From a virus (Duplodnaviria; Caudoviricetes), in IMG/VR virus record IMGVR_UViG_2928716645_000002, positions 32,001 through 96,000 of that record: 64,000 bases of DNA; one strand, given 5' to 3'. Each line of letters opens with the position of its first letter. Position 1 is the first letter of the stretch. Under the pieces are notes generated by a model. The model did not search any database and had not been told where the DNA came from. It worked only from the letters and a program-made list of their open reading frames with translations. Positions 42,973-52,403 of the stretch are shown here, piece by piece. The position numbers were made by a program, and so were the translations under genes.

Positions 42973-45389
42973 CAGAGTACAGGTGCGGCCATGAGCGCGG
43001 CCGCGACCGGCCGAACCCAAATCGGTGTTGATCCCATCATGAAGGTCTGGCCCGACCAGGCGGCGAGTAGCGTGGTGCCGCAGACACCAGCGATCGCCTG
43101 TGCCGCCGGCGGCGGAACCATGTTGCCGATGCGCTCGCGCCACGCGGAATCTGAGGCGCCGTCGAGCACCAGCAGATTGTTCATGCGTTCAACGTGCGCG
43201 GCCCATTCGGGATCGAGCGGGTCGAGCGACAGGACCGACCGTTCCGCTTCATCGTCGAGGTCGACGAGGCCCTGAAGCGCGGCGAGCTCGAGCGTCGTGA
43301 AGGGACGATGCCAGGTGCCATCGAGCGCCCGGATGACACAGACCAGCTTGTCGTTGGCGCTTGGGAGCTTGTCCCATGGCGCCGGTTCGCTGGCGGGGCC
43401 GTTGCCGGTCTCGCGCGGGTCGGCGACTGACCACGGCCCGTTGTTGTTCTTGGCATGGGCCGGCACGGCACCGCTGTGCTGGTCCCACGGCACGACGCCG
43501 TAGTGACCGCCGGTGAGGTACACGTCACGTTTCTCGTCCGACAGCGCTTCTGGGCGGGGGTCAGCCACTGCGAAGGCGCCGTTCGTCGGATGAGTTTCGC
43601 CCGCCACGACGCCGGCATGGCCATTCCATTCCTTCACGCCGAGCGACGAATTGCGCGCGCCGTCGGCAAGCCGCGGGTCCGCAACCGAAAGCGCACCGCT
43701 AGCCGGGTGCGTCGATGACGTCACCGCGCCGCCGTGTTGTCTCCACTCGGTGACCTTCAGGACGTGATTGTGCGTGGCTGCACCAAACCCGGGCCGCGGA
43801 TCTGCGACCGCTCCGGCACCCGAGGCCACCTGCTGCGAGCCGGTGACGGGCCTGGCGTGCTCGGTCCAGCCCGTGACGCGTTCCTTCGAGCTCGACGCGT
43901 CGGGATGCCAGTTGAGGTGGCGCGGATCGGCGACCGCGAAGGCGCCATTCCCGGTGATCGAGGCGCCGATGACGGCGCCAGTTGCTTCATCGAACCCGGT
44001 GACGCGGTACTTGGTCTGCTTGTAATCGTCGCGCTGCGCCGGGCGCGGATCCGCGACGGCCAGCCCACCGCCGGCACCGCCAGGTCCGGCGACTGCTGGC
44101 GATGCCTCCGGCCACGACACGATGCGGAACGACGAGTTGAAGACCTTCCGCTCGAGCCGCGGGTCGGCGACCGCATAGCGGCCGGTGCCGACCGAGACGT
44201 CGCCCTTCACGACAGCCGAAGGCTGGTCCCAATGGCCGACGCCCATCTGGACACTCTTCCCGTGGCCGTCGATGCGAGGGTCGGCGACCGACTGAGCATG
44301 GCCGGCCGGGCTTCGCTGCGTCGTGATCGCTGCAGCCGTTCCCTTCCAGCCATTCACCCGGAGCGAGCTGAAATCCTGCGCGCGGATCTCGCGCGGATCG
44401 GCGACGCTGAAAGCCCCGGTCGTGGGATTGGCCCGGCCCGTTACCGTACCGGACGTTTCATCCCAGCGTCGAACGCCGAGCACCCCCCTATGCCACTCCT
44501 CATCGGGCACGATGCCGAAATCGCGCAGATGGCCGTCCTGCACCGCGAGATCGTTCAGCGATCGCCAGTCCGCGCCGGCTCTCACGAAGGCAAGCCGCAC
44601 CCACGTCTTCCATTGCAGCGACGGCATCCGGTGCATCGGCCCGCCGAGACCCGGGATGATGCCCGGGATCGGCAGCTTCTCGAGGATCTCGCCGACTCCG
44701 CGCAACGGATGCTTGACCGGCTCGTAAAGGAACGTCGGGATCTTGGCGACATACCTCGCGACCAACAGGAAGCGCTTCCGACTCTGACCAAGATGGCCGA
44801 TCTCGCCGCAGTCGTGCGTCGTTTCGGCAACGGCATAACCATAGGCGCGCAGCAGCGCCACGATCTGGTCGAGGAGATGCCGACCCCGGGTTGCGATGCG
44901 CGGGACGTTCTCGAAGACGACGAGCTCGACGGGATCGTCCTTGTACGCCTCAAGCATCAGCCATATACCGCGGAGCGTCAGGCCGTTTAGTGCCTGGTAT
45001 TTCCGCGTGGCAGAGATCTTCTCGGACAGAAGACCGGAAAAGCCTTTGCACGGCGCAGACAGGAAACAGATGTGCGGGCGCTGGTCACCAAATGCGCGGC
45101 GAATGTCGATCGGCCCGCGCTCGACCCAACCGGCCGGCGGCTCGTGCCCGCAGAAATCGCGGTATTGCTCACGCGAGAACAGATCCATGCACGTCGCCGG
45201 CACGCCGGCCATGTACTTCGATCCAAAATCGCGACAGGCAGCGGCATCGCTATCGATGCCACCAAGGCAGTTGAACCTCGCAACAAGGTTCCCCACCCTG
45301 GCATGCCCCATATTGAAGCCCTTGGCGCCGCCGCCGCTGCCACAGAACAGGTGAGCGTGATTGATATCGACTTGGAGGAGCGGCTGCAT
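42972..45389 (-). CDS. DNA (cytosine-5)-methyltransferase with nine internal repeats
   Basis: Motif I LFCGSGG, IV PCKGFS, VI ENV, VIII QSRKR, IX RPFTTLELAALQ, X IGNMVPP. Confidence 0.92.
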   Translation of the reverse strand: MQPLLQVDINHAHLFCGSGGGAKGFNMGHARVGNLVARFNCLGGIDSDAAACRDFGSKYMAGVPATCMDLFSREQYRDFCGHEPPAGWVERGPIDIRRAFGDQRPHICFLSAPCKGFSGLLSEKISATRKYQALNGLTLRGIWLMLEAYKDDPVELVVFENVPRIATRGRHLLDQIVALLRAYGYAVAETTHDCGEIGHLGQSRKRFLLVARYVAKIPTFLYEPVKHPLRGVGEILEKLPIPGIIPGLGGPMHRMPSLQWKTWVRLAFVRAGADWRSLNDLAVQDGHLRDFGIVPDEEWHRGVLGVRRWDETSGTVTGRANPTTGAFSVADPREIRAQDFSSLRVNGWKGTAAAITTQRSPAGHAQSVADPRIDGHGKSVQMGVGHWDQPSAVVKGDVSVGTGRYAVADPRLERKVFNSSFRIVSWPEASPAVAGPGGAGGGLAVADPRPAQRDDYKQTKYRVTGFDEATGAVIGASITGNGAFAVADPRHLNWHPDASSSKERVTGWTEHARPVTGSQQVASGAGAVADPRPGFGAATHNHVLKVTEWRQHGGAVTSSTHPASGALSVADPRLADGARNSSLGVKEWNGHAGVVAGETHPTNGAFAVADPRPEALSDEKRDVYLTGGHYGVVPWDQHSGAVPAHAKNNNGPWSVADPRETGNGPASEPAPWDKLPSANDKLVCVIRALDGTWHRPFTTLELAALQGLVDLDDEAERSVLSLDPLDPEWAAHVERMNNLLVLDGASDSAWRERIGNMVPPPAAQAIAGVCGTTLLAAWSGQTFMMGSTPIWVRPVAAALMAAPVL
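43410..44490 (-). repeat. Nine ~40 aa tandem repeats ending VADPR in the methylase variable region
   Basis: W...[AS]..V.G......G...VADPR counted nine times in the translation; coordinates approximate. Confidence 0.85.
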
Positions 45390-45598
45390 TAGGCCAGCGC
45401 CTCCGCAATGTCCTGGGCGAGCTCGGCAAGCGAGACCACCTTCGAAGTCGGCAAGCTCGGCACTTTCACGCCGGTCTCGAGCGCGATCGTTTCCGACATC
45501 CCGACATACTGGACGCCATGATAATCGGTGGTGCGGATGCCGTGTCGGCGCAGGACGGCGGGGAGAACCATCTCGATCTTCTTTGCATCGATCCGCAT
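45389..45598 (-). CDS. Small hypothetical protein
   Basis: Fills the gap between dnaN and the methylase; TAATG-coupled. Confidence 0.55.
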   Translation of the reverse strand: MRIDAKKIEMVLPAVLRRHGIRTTDYHGVQYVGMSETIALETGVKVPSLPTSKVVSLAELAQDIAEALA

Positions 45599-45601
45599 CG
45601 G

Positions 45602-46732
45602 TCACACCCTCATCGGCATGAGGACGTAGAGCGAGTCGGCGTCGCTGCCTTTGAACAGCGTCGGCGAACCCGGATCGGCGAGATCTACTTCCAGCGTGTC
45701 ACCCTGCACTTGGGCAACAATTTCGTGGAGGTATCGACTGTTGAAGCCGATCTCCATGCTGCCCGACGCATACTCGGCGTCGAGTTCGTCTACCGCATCG
45801 CCGGCGTCCGGATTGCTGACCGTCAGCGTCACCTTTCCGTCGGCGAGAGACACCTTCACGGCGCGCCCGCGCTCGCTGGAGATCGTCGCGACACGGTCCG
45901 CCGCGGCCGAGAACTCGCTGCGCGGCACCTTCAGGACGCGATCGTTGTTCTGGGGAATGACGCGATCATAATCGGGGAAAGTCCCGTCGATCAGCTTCGA
46001 CGTCAAAGTGAGGTCGCCGGCGGTGAACCGAATCTTGCCCTGGCTGAGCTCGACCTGGACTTCCTGTTCGGCGCCGCCGAACAACTTACCCACCTCTGCG
46101 ACGGTCTTCCGGGGGACGATAATACCCGGCATGCCGGTGGCGCCCTCGGGCAAATCGAGATCGAAGCGCGCCAGGCGGTGGCCGTCGGTTGCGACGCCTC
46201 GCAGCGTGTTCCGGTTCCCCTCGCGCCGAGTGTGCAGATAGATGCCGTTCAGGTAATACCGGGTCTCTTCGGTCGAGATCGCGAATTCAACCCGCTGGAT
46301 CAACCGGTGAAGGTCCGTCCCCTTCACTGAGAACGAATGCGTCAGGTCGCCGGCCTTGACGTCGGGGAAGTCGGAAGGCGGCAATGTCTGCAGCGTCGAG
46401 CGGAAGCGTCCCGCCTTCACCGTCACGATGTTCCTGGCGTCGTCCTGCTCCAGCGTGACCTGCGACCCCGCCGGCATCTTCCGCACAATCTCGTTGAGCA
46501 ACCCGGCCGGCACCGTGGTCGAGCCCTTCGCCGCGACCTGGGCCGGCACCTTGTCGATCACCTCCAGGTCGAGGTCGGTCGCCTTCAGCAGAAGCGCATC
46601 CTGCTGAACATCGATCAGCACGTTGCTGAGAATCGGGATGGTGTTGCGTCTCTCTACAACGCGCGTGACTTTTGCCAAAATCTTGACGAGCGCGGCTTGC
46701 TCGACGATGGCTTTGAAGGATGCTTGGCTCAA
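45602..46732 (-). CDS. dnaN: DNA polymerase III beta sliding clamp
   Basis: VERRNTIPILSNVL, ATDLDL, FAISTEETRYYLNG, VATDGHRLA, SKLIDGTFPDY.RVIP, IGFNSRY, YVLMPMRV; TTG start after AAGGAG. Confidence 0.96.
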   Translation of the reverse strand: MSQASFKAIVEQAALVKILAKVTRVVERRNTIPILSNVLIDVQQDALLLKATDLDLEVIDKVPAQVAAKGSTTVPAGLLNEIVRKMPAGSQVTLEQDDARNIVTVKAGRFRSTLQTLPPSDFPDVKAGDLTHSFSVKGTDLHRLIQRVEFAISTEETRYYLNGIYLHTRREGNRNTLRGVATDGHRLARFDLDLPEGATGMPGIIVPRKTVAEVGKLFGGAEQEVQVELSQGKIRFTAGDLTLTSKLIDGTFPDYDRVIPQNNDRVLKVPRSEFSAAADRVATISSERGRAVKVSLADGKVTLTVSNPDAGDAVDELDAEYASGSMEIGFNSRYLHEIVAQVQGDTLEVDLADPGSPTLFKGSDADSLYVLMPMRV

Positions 46733-47301
46733 AACGGTGTCTCCTTTCGAGATGGGGTGAGTGTCGGTTCGAAGAGATCGCCGCGCGGCGCTGCGAAGCG
46801 CGGATCCAGATGGCCGCGAAGCCACCAGGCCACGCCGAGGCTCTCGGCGGCGTCGAGGGATGTGATGTTTCGGTCGATCAGTTGGGCGTAGCCCAGCGAC
46901 GTCTCCTTGGTGGCGCGCCCATTGCCGGTGAAGGCCTTCCGCCACGTCCCCTGGTTGACGTAGATGAACGGGACATCATGGGCGGCGAAGACCTCCTCGG
47001 CGATCGCGCACAGCCCGTAGATCCGCTGGAATGTCTTCATCGGCGGACGCGTCGCCGCCGGCTCGGGGTTCTCCTCTGTTGGCTTCCCCTTGAGCTCGAT
47101 GTCGGTACGCAGCGGCTCTTCGGCCGCGCCGTGCTTGACCTGATTGTCCTTGATGATCTGGTAGAGCGTCTTCCGGAAATGCCGGAACACCTGTCCAGAA
47201 TTCTTGCCCTCCCAATGGAAGGCCCGAGTCCAGACATAGCGTTCGCCGTCAAGCAGCGTGATGCCGGTCGTCGTCGCTATGTCGAGGCCCAGGATCTTCA
47301 T
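46729..47301 (-). CDS. RuvC-like Holliday junction resolvase
   Basis: ILGLD.ATTTG, EEP, W.KAFTGNGRATK, DAAES. Confidence 0.85.
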   Translation of the reverse strand: MKILGLDIATTTGITLLDGERYVWTRAFHWEGKNSGQVFRHFRKTLYQIIKDNQVKHGAAEEPLRTDIELKGKPTEENPEPAATRPPMKTFQRIYGLCAIAEEVFAAHDVPFIYVNQGTWRKAFTGNGRATKETSLGYAQLIDRNITSLDAAESLGVAWWLRGHLDPRFAAPRGDLFEPTLTPSRKETPF

Positions 47302-47306
47302 CGCGA

Positions 47307-47498
47307 TCAGACCGCCGCCTCGATGGCGGACTCATCGAACCACGCTTCGGTCTGCCGGTTGTCGCCAGCGCGATACCGGACGAGATAGCTGTTGGCATGG
47401 TCGAGATACTCGGTACGGCCAATCACCGTGCTCTGCTCGTTGCTATCGACCATCTTCACGGTCGACTTCAGTTCGTACAAAAACGGTTTACCCTTCAC
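47307..47498 (-). CDS. Small hypothetical protein
   Basis: V.GR.EY.....YLVRY...D.R..E.W..ES pattern. Confidence 0.55.
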   Translation of the reverse strand: MKGKPFLYELKSTVKMVDSNEQSTVIGRTEYLDHANSYLVRYRAGDNRQTEAWFDESAIEAAV

Positions 47499-47550
47499 TT
47501 CTCTCTCCTGTGGTTTGCGTCAGCGGAATTGCTGCGCGTCGTCCGAATGG

Positions 47551-48108
47551 TCAGGCCTCGTCGCCGTCATCGCCCTTCGGCTGCTCGCCGCCCTCCGGCG
47601 CCGGCGGCGGCATCGACAGCACGTGATCGCGCTCGGACCGCGCATCGCGGAAGGCGGCAAGCCATGCCTGTCCCTTGAGCGAGCCGATCTCGTACGGGTT
47701 GTCGGTTTCTTTCGAGCCAGGCTCGCTATCGAGGCGGAAGCCGGCGGCGCGGCCCTCGAGCTTCGCCCGCTCGTCCTCGGGCGTCGGGCCCACGCCGGCC
47801 ATGCCGAACAGTTCGAACTGCCGCGGGCTCAGCACTTTGCCGAGGTACCCAACGTAGATGCCGGCTTTGCGGACCTTCTCGCAGAACGCGTCGATGGCCT
47901 CGTCGCCGCCCGCAACAAGTTCAAGCGCGAGCTTGGCCGCATCATTGTGCAGGCCCTGCGCCTGGGTCTGGGCATAGGTCCCACGGAGCTTGTTCTTCGC
48001 GGTGTTGTTGACTTCGTTCTGCGCGGCCGCCTCGGCTTGCGCGTTTCGGATCCGCGAGAGGTTGGCGGAATCGAGGGCGGCTTGTGCGGGTTCGTTTGGC
48101 TTCGACAT
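47551..48108 (-). CDS. Hypothetical protein (GapR-like helical N-terminus, Rmf-like NPY...W motif)
   Basis: LRGTYAQ...QGL...AAKLA; QFELF; EGRAAG...NPY..GS..QAWL..F. Confidence 0.55.
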   Translation of the reverse strand: MSKPNEPAQAALDSANLSRIRNAQAEAAAQNEVNNTAKNKLRGTYAQTQAQGLHNDAAKLALELVAGGDEAIDAFCEKVRKAGIYVGYLGKVLSPRQFELFGMAGVGPTPEDERAKLEGRAAGFRLDSEPGSKETDNPYEIGSLKGQAWLAAFRDARSERDHVLSMPPPAPEGGEQPKGDDGDEA

Positions 48109-48123
48109 GGGGATCCTTTGTTG

Positions 48124-49005
48124 TCAGTGGGTGATGAAGGCGATGGGCCGTTTCGACTGCCAACACAGCGCACAACTGCCGCACGTTCCGGCCTTCTGGA
48201 GTTGCTGCGGGCAGACGATTGCGTGCGCCGGCGCCTGCGAGGGCAACTCGACGGACACCGTCGAGCATTCGTCTATCGGCGCATCAGAGAACCGGATCGC
48301 GAAACGGTCCCAGTTCTTGAGAACGAGGCGCACCAGCGCGGCGGCGATTGGATCGCGATCGCAGTCCCAGCGTGCCGAGAAGCCGAAGGCGTGCAGTTGC
48401 GGCACCATGTCGAGCAGCCGCTCCCAGAGGCGGACGTACTCGACCGAATAGAAATCGCCGAGGACATGCAGCCGGACGGCAAAGCCCCGGCGGTGCCGGC
48501 GGCCGAGCTCGATCACCTCCTCGACCAGGCGCATCTCCAGCGCGTCACCATGCGCGAGCCGGTGGGCGTGCTGCATGTGGTTCCCGAAACAGGAACGGAA
48601 ATGCCGGCAGGACCGCGGACATGTCGCCCGCTCCTCGAGGGTCAGAGTGTAGATCGGGAAGCCACGCCACTTGCCCTTGGTGACCGCCTTGCCGATCTTC
48701 GCGCTGTTGAAGCCGCTCTTCAGAATGGCGTGGTCGTAGTTGGCTGGGTCGACAACAGTCGACCGATAGATCGCGCGGCCCTCGACGATGGCCGGTAGAT
48801 CATAGGGCGGGATCTTCGCGGTGCGCCCGGCGAGCGGCAGCGCAGCCTGGCGCGACAGCGTGCTCGCCTTAACGCCAACCTTCCTGTTGATGATGAGACG
48901 GAGGTACGGGATCGATCCGCCGAGCTGGGCTTGGATCTGCGGAACGGTGAGCTTTTGCGCGGCAAGCGCCCTCACCTGTTCGTGGTCGATGGTGCGGGTT
49001 CTCAT
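48124..49005 (-). CDS. Gp88-like Cys-rich protein with N-terminal HTH
   Basis: TCP.SC....CF, RLHV.GDFYS..Y, CPQQ.....CGSCALCW. Confidence 0.7.
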   Translation of the reverse strand: MRTRTIDHEQVRALAAQKLTVPQIQAQLGGSIPYLRLIINRKVGVKASTLSRQAALPLAGRTAKIPPYDLPAIVEGRAIYRSTVVDPANYDHAILKSGFNSAKIGKAVTKGKWRGFPIYTLTLEERATCPRSCRHFRSCFGNHMQHAHRLAHGDALEMRLVEEVIELGRRHRRGFAVRLHVLGDFYSVEYVRLWERLLDMVPQLHAFGFSARWDCDRDPIAAALVRLVLKNWDRFAIRFSDAPIDECSTVSVELPSQAPAHAIVCPQQLQKAGTCGSCALCWQSKRPIAFITH

Positions 49006-49190
49006 GCACCACCTTCAATGACGAGGACGCGGGCCGACGTCGTCTCACGACGCCATTCCGAACGGCCGTCGATATTGATCCATCGGCGCTCGAGCCGAAC
49101 CCAGAATAGCCGCGGCGCAAGCCGATAATCGGCCATCGGCGCCCAGCCGCGCATGTCCCAGCCCGGTGGTGGTGGCAGGTACACCTTCAT
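49002..49190 (-). CDS. Small hypothetical protein
   Basis: Coupled to both neighbours. Confidence 0.4.
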   Translation of the reverse strand: MKVYLPPPPGWDMRGWAPMADYRLAPRLFWVRLERRWINIDGRSEWRRETTSARVLVIEGGA

Positions 49191-49807
49191 GCCGCCACCT
49201 CCCGCTCATCGAACAGCGGCGTCGGTGCGATGATCCTTTCTTTCCGGCGGCGCTCCGGGCGGCTGCCGTCGTCGTACTTGCCAACCTCGTTACCCCACGC
49301 CACGAAGCCTTCATGGCTTTCCCGCGAAAACAGATCGCAACGGACGAGACCTGCCGTCTTTTCGCGGATGTGCTCGTAGAACTTGGCTGGCTTCTGGGAG
49401 TGACCGCGCGGCTTGCCCTCGATCTCGCCATAGAACGCATCATGGATCTGGTACTCGTCGCCGAACACACCGAGCAGGATGGACTCGTGCATGCCGCGAG
49501 ACCGATAACCGGTCCCGAGACGCCGCTTTGGCCAGACCAGTTCGGTCTTGTAGAGCGCGCCCCACTGCTCCAGCAGCCACATCGACTTGTTGAGCGTCGG
49601 GGGGCACGCCCAAAGCAGGATGATGCCGTTCGCTCTGATGAGGTGGCCAACCGGCAATTTCGCCAGGTCGGTCCACGACATGATGTCGTATTGAGCCGAG
49701 GCCGACTTCTTGTTCCCGTTGGCGGAATAGAGCGTAAACTCGGTCGGCGGATCGACGACCGCCAGATCGAAACCAAACATCGGCAGCGGGTCGAAGAACC
49801 AGTTCAT
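49187..49807 (-). CDS. MT-A70 family adenine methyltransferase
   Basis: VDPPT, YDIM, LLW, WG..YKT..VW.K, GTGY..R..HE, HSQKP, DLFSRE, WGNE; start MNWFFDP. Confidence 0.88.
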   Translation of the reverse strand: MNWFFDPLPMFGFDLAVVDPPTEFTLYSANGNKKSASAQYDIMSWTDLAKLPVGHLIRANGIILLWACPPTLNKSMWLLEQWGALYKTELVWPKRRLGTGYRSRGMHESILLGVFGDEYQIHDAFYGEIEGKPRGHSQKPAKFYEHIREKTAGLVRCDLFSRESHEGFVAWGNEVGKYDDGSRPERRRKERIIAPTPLFDEREVAA

Positions 49808-50208
49808 GCGCTCGCCTCGCGGGTGACGAGCGACTTGGCCAGGATCTCGCGCGAGGCCGGCGTCAGGCCGTAGCCAATGCAGCGACGGTTCTCGATCTCG
49901 ATGTGGAGATCCTTCAGTTTCGACCGCAACCGACAGATCACCACCTGCACCAGGTGCGCGTCGGCGGTCTGGCTTCGAGAGACCATGGCGCGCAGCAGCA
50001 CTTCGCTCGACCGAATCCCGTTCGGCGCGGTGTAGAGCGAGCGAAGAGCGCGGGCTTCTTGCGGTAGGAGACCCCACTCCCGCGGAAAGACGATCTGGTC
50101 GGCCTCGATCAGCCGGCTGAGATGGGTGTTCTCTGCTTCCAGTTGCGCGACCCGATCCCTGAGCCGCCGGATCTCGAGTTGATCGGGGGTTACACTGAGC
50201 GCCGTCAC
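49804..50208 (-). CDS. Stand-alone OmpR/CtrA-type winged-helix effector domain
   Basis: L.PQE...L..L...V.V.ICRLRSKL....IEN....GY; no receiver domain. Confidence 0.75.
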   Translation of the reverse strand: MTALSVTPDQLEIRRLRDRVAQLEAENTHLSRLIEADQIVFPREWGLLPQEARALRSLYTAPNGIRSSEVLLRAMVSRSQTADAHLVQVVICRLRSKLKDLHIEIENRRCIGYGLTPASREILAKSLVTREASA

Positions 50209-50558
50209 GACTGCGGCTCCATGAAATACGCGCGCAGTGCTTCCTCGGCCGCGGTGCGTTCCGAGATCCTGTGCTGGCGGGCATAAGCCTTCAGCGCGCG
50301 GCGCACCTCGGGCAACGGACGCACGACGAGCCCGTCGCCAACGCCAGGCTCTGGAAGGCTGAGCGTCCGTGCTTTGCCGGGCTCGCGCAGCAGCGCGCCG
50401 CGCTCCACGATGCTGTCGATCAAGTGCGAGATCGTGCCCCGCCCTCGAATGCCGAGGTGGTCAGCAATTTCCCTGTAGGACGGCGAGGCTCCGGAGGCAT
50501 CGATCTGGTGCTTCACAAACTCGACGCACTGCGCCTGGACGTTGGTCAGCCCAATCAT
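50205..50558 (-). CDS. LexA-type HTH regulator (no peptidase domain)
   Basis: LT..Q...VEF......G.SPSYREIA..LG.....RG.L.R.PGKAR. Confidence 0.8.
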   Translation of the reverse strand: MIGLTNVQAQCVEFVKHQIDASGASPSYREIADHLGIRGRGTISHLIDSIVERGALLREPGKARTLSLPEPGVGDGLVVRPLPEVRRALKAYARQHRISERTAAEEALRAYFMEPQS

Positions 50559-50794
50559 GCTGGGCCTCCCGCCGGCAACGTCGGCTTGATCACCTCGTCC
50601 GCGTAGCGCGCGAAGACGTCATAGGCGGCCTGGCGGCCGACCGAGCCAACTAGGTATGTCGCGATCGCCTGCAGGTGCGCGTCGACCACCAACGTGGCGA
50701 CTTCTTTGCCGCCTGCGGACTCGACTGTCATCAAGGAGACAATGCATTCCTTGCGGGCGTAATCCTTTATGATGTTCGGGGCGACGGCGGTCAT
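50555..50794 (-). CDS. Small hypothetical protein
   Basis: ATGA-coupled start MTAVAPNII. Confidence 0.5.
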   Translation of the reverse strand: MTAVAPNIIKDYARKECIVSLMTVESAGGKEVATLVVDAHLQAIATYLVGSVGRQAAYDVFARYADEVIKPTLPAGGPA

Positions 50795-51384
50795 GATGCG
50801 ACCTCGCGCCGGGCACGGTGTATTGCAGCCAGACGCTGGCCATGGAGCACGCGCCGCGCCCTCTCCTCCGGCGAAATGTTGCGTACCCGCGGCTGCGTGC
50901 TCTGATATGCCAGCCGAACGTGCTGGGCGCAGTACGGGCAGTCCGGCAGCACCGGCGCCGCGCAGAAATAGAAATCCGGTGTAGACGGATCTCCAAACGG
51001 CCATCTGCAGTCGCCACGGGCGAGATCGAGTACGCCCTTGCGCTGCGCCTGCGGAACACTGTCGTCGAACTCCGTCGCGTTCAGCGCCGAGAGCTCGGTG
51101 TCCAACTCGCCTGAAGCAATCGCTTGATCCCGCTGCGCAAGCACGTCACGAATCATGGTCTGACGGCGCGGTTGCGGCGGTGCTGACCGCTTCCGCTTCG
51201 GCACGCGGCTTTCCCGCACCTCTTTGGGCCGGGTATTCGCCATACCGAGCCGATGAAGCTTTCCGATCACGGCATTGCGGGTGACGCTGCCGAGCTCAGC
51301 GGCGATCTGCGAGCAAGATAGTCCGGACTCGAACAGCTTCTTCAGCTGCTCGACCCGCTCCTCGGACCAGGTGGACGTCCTCAT
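50791..51384 (-). CDS. gcrA: GcrA family cell-cycle transcription factor
   Basis: WSEERVEQLKKL..SGLSCSQIAAELG.VTRNAVIGK.HRLG; CRWPFGDP....F.FC...PYC..H. Confidence 0.92.
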   Translation of the reverse strand: MRTSTWSEERVEQLKKLFESGLSCSQIAAELGSVTRNAVIGKLHRLGMANTRPKEVRESRVPKRKRSAPPQPRRQTMIRDVLAQRDQAIASGELDTELSALNATEFDDSVPQAQRKGVLDLARGDCRWPFGDPSTPDFYFCAAPVLPDCPYCAQHVRLAYQSTQPRVRNISPEERARRVLHGQRLAAIHRARREVAS

Positions 51385-51623
51385 CGGCGTGCCGCCTTCC
51401 GGCGCTCTTCGCGGATCTCGGCGAAGGGTTTCTCGCAGCGACCATCCAGCCACTTCGAGACGTCGAACCACCAGCGTGCCAACCCAATCCAGTATTCGCT
51501 GCACGACGTGCAGCGGTTGCTAATGGCGACGGCCCGATCGGCCAGGAATGGAAACACTTAGAAGCTCGCTTGATTGATGCGCCGCGAGACCGCGCGGCTC
51601 GTACTCTGACCGACCGGTGGTTC

Positions 51624-52055
51624 TCAGCGCCGGCTCAACTCCATGTGGATCTGTCGCTCGTCCGCTTCGCGCCGCACGCGCTTCACCTCAGCCTCCGCCT
51701 CGGCCAGGCGCCGCTCGAGGATCTGGCGCGTCAGCCAGCGTTCGCGCGTTTCTTCCGGGATGTGCGACCAAAGCGCGTCGATGCACTCGAGGCCTTCCGG
51801 GCCGGCGCAGACGTTGAGGAAATGCTCGATGTCGATCACGCGATTGCTTGCCGTCCAATTGTCGACGGTGCCCATGGAGCACTTCGCGCGCGCGGCCATC
51901 GTCTTTCGGAAGCTGCCGCCGGTCATGGCGTTGCGACAAACGCGAATGATTTCAGCGGTGATTTTTGCGGCTCTTACGTTCGTAGAAACCGGTTTGCACG
52001 AACGTAGGAGACGTTCGTTTGCATTGATCGAGGCGGCAAGCGATGCTGTTCCCAT
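51624..52055 (-). CDS. CII-position HTH-like regulator
   Basis: KTMAARAKCSMGTVDNW; downstream of the cro-side genes. Confidence 0.55.
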   Translation of the reverse strand: MGTASLAASINANERLLRSCKPVSTNVRAAKITAEIIRVCRNAMTGGSFRKTMAARAKCSMGTVDNWTASNRVIDIEHFLNVCAGPEGLECIDALWSHIPEETRERWLTRQILERRLAEAEAEVKRVRREADERQIHMELSRR

Positions 52056-52395
52056 GATGAATGCTCCCTATTTTCACAAACAAAATTCTAGCGTGTCGGT
52101 CGTGCCGACACCGGACAAAGACGACGACTGGGCGCGCGCCGCCCTGGCCGGAACGCGAATGTTGATCGCGGAGGAATCCTTCGACGCGATGCTGCAGATG
52201 CTGATTGATGCCGGCCTGGTGCCGAGGAGTTGCGCAGCGGTCATGCTCGACCGCCTTTCCGAGCGCCTGTTGCTGCACGCGTCCGGGCGCACTGGCACGC
52301 ACTGGGCGATCCGGGTGCCGGAGTTGATTGATCAGGCGACGAGATTGGCGACGAAAGCCGCGACGCTGAGAACTGTGATCGGCGGCGTGTCATGA
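52054..52395 (+). CDS. Possible antisense-oriented hypothetical protein
   Basis: Protein-like helical sequence (DDDWARAALAG...) filling a 350 bp gap; start uncertain. Confidence 0.35.
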   Translation: MMNAPYFHKQNSSVSVVPTPDKDDDWARAALAGTRMLIAEESFDAMLQMLIDAGLVPRSCAAVMLDRLSERLLLHASGRTGTHWAIRVPELIDQATRLATKAATLRTVIGGVS

Positions 52396-52403
52396 TGCGA
52401 ACC

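Noticed and set aside
45602-46732. dnaN as host chromosome, marking a prophage boundary
   Set aside because: It is translationally coupled to the phage RuvC-like gene, flanked by phage genes, and has no dnaA/recF/gyrB context.
47392-48798. 468 aa plus-strand ORF
   Set aside because: Antisense to coupled minus-strand genes.
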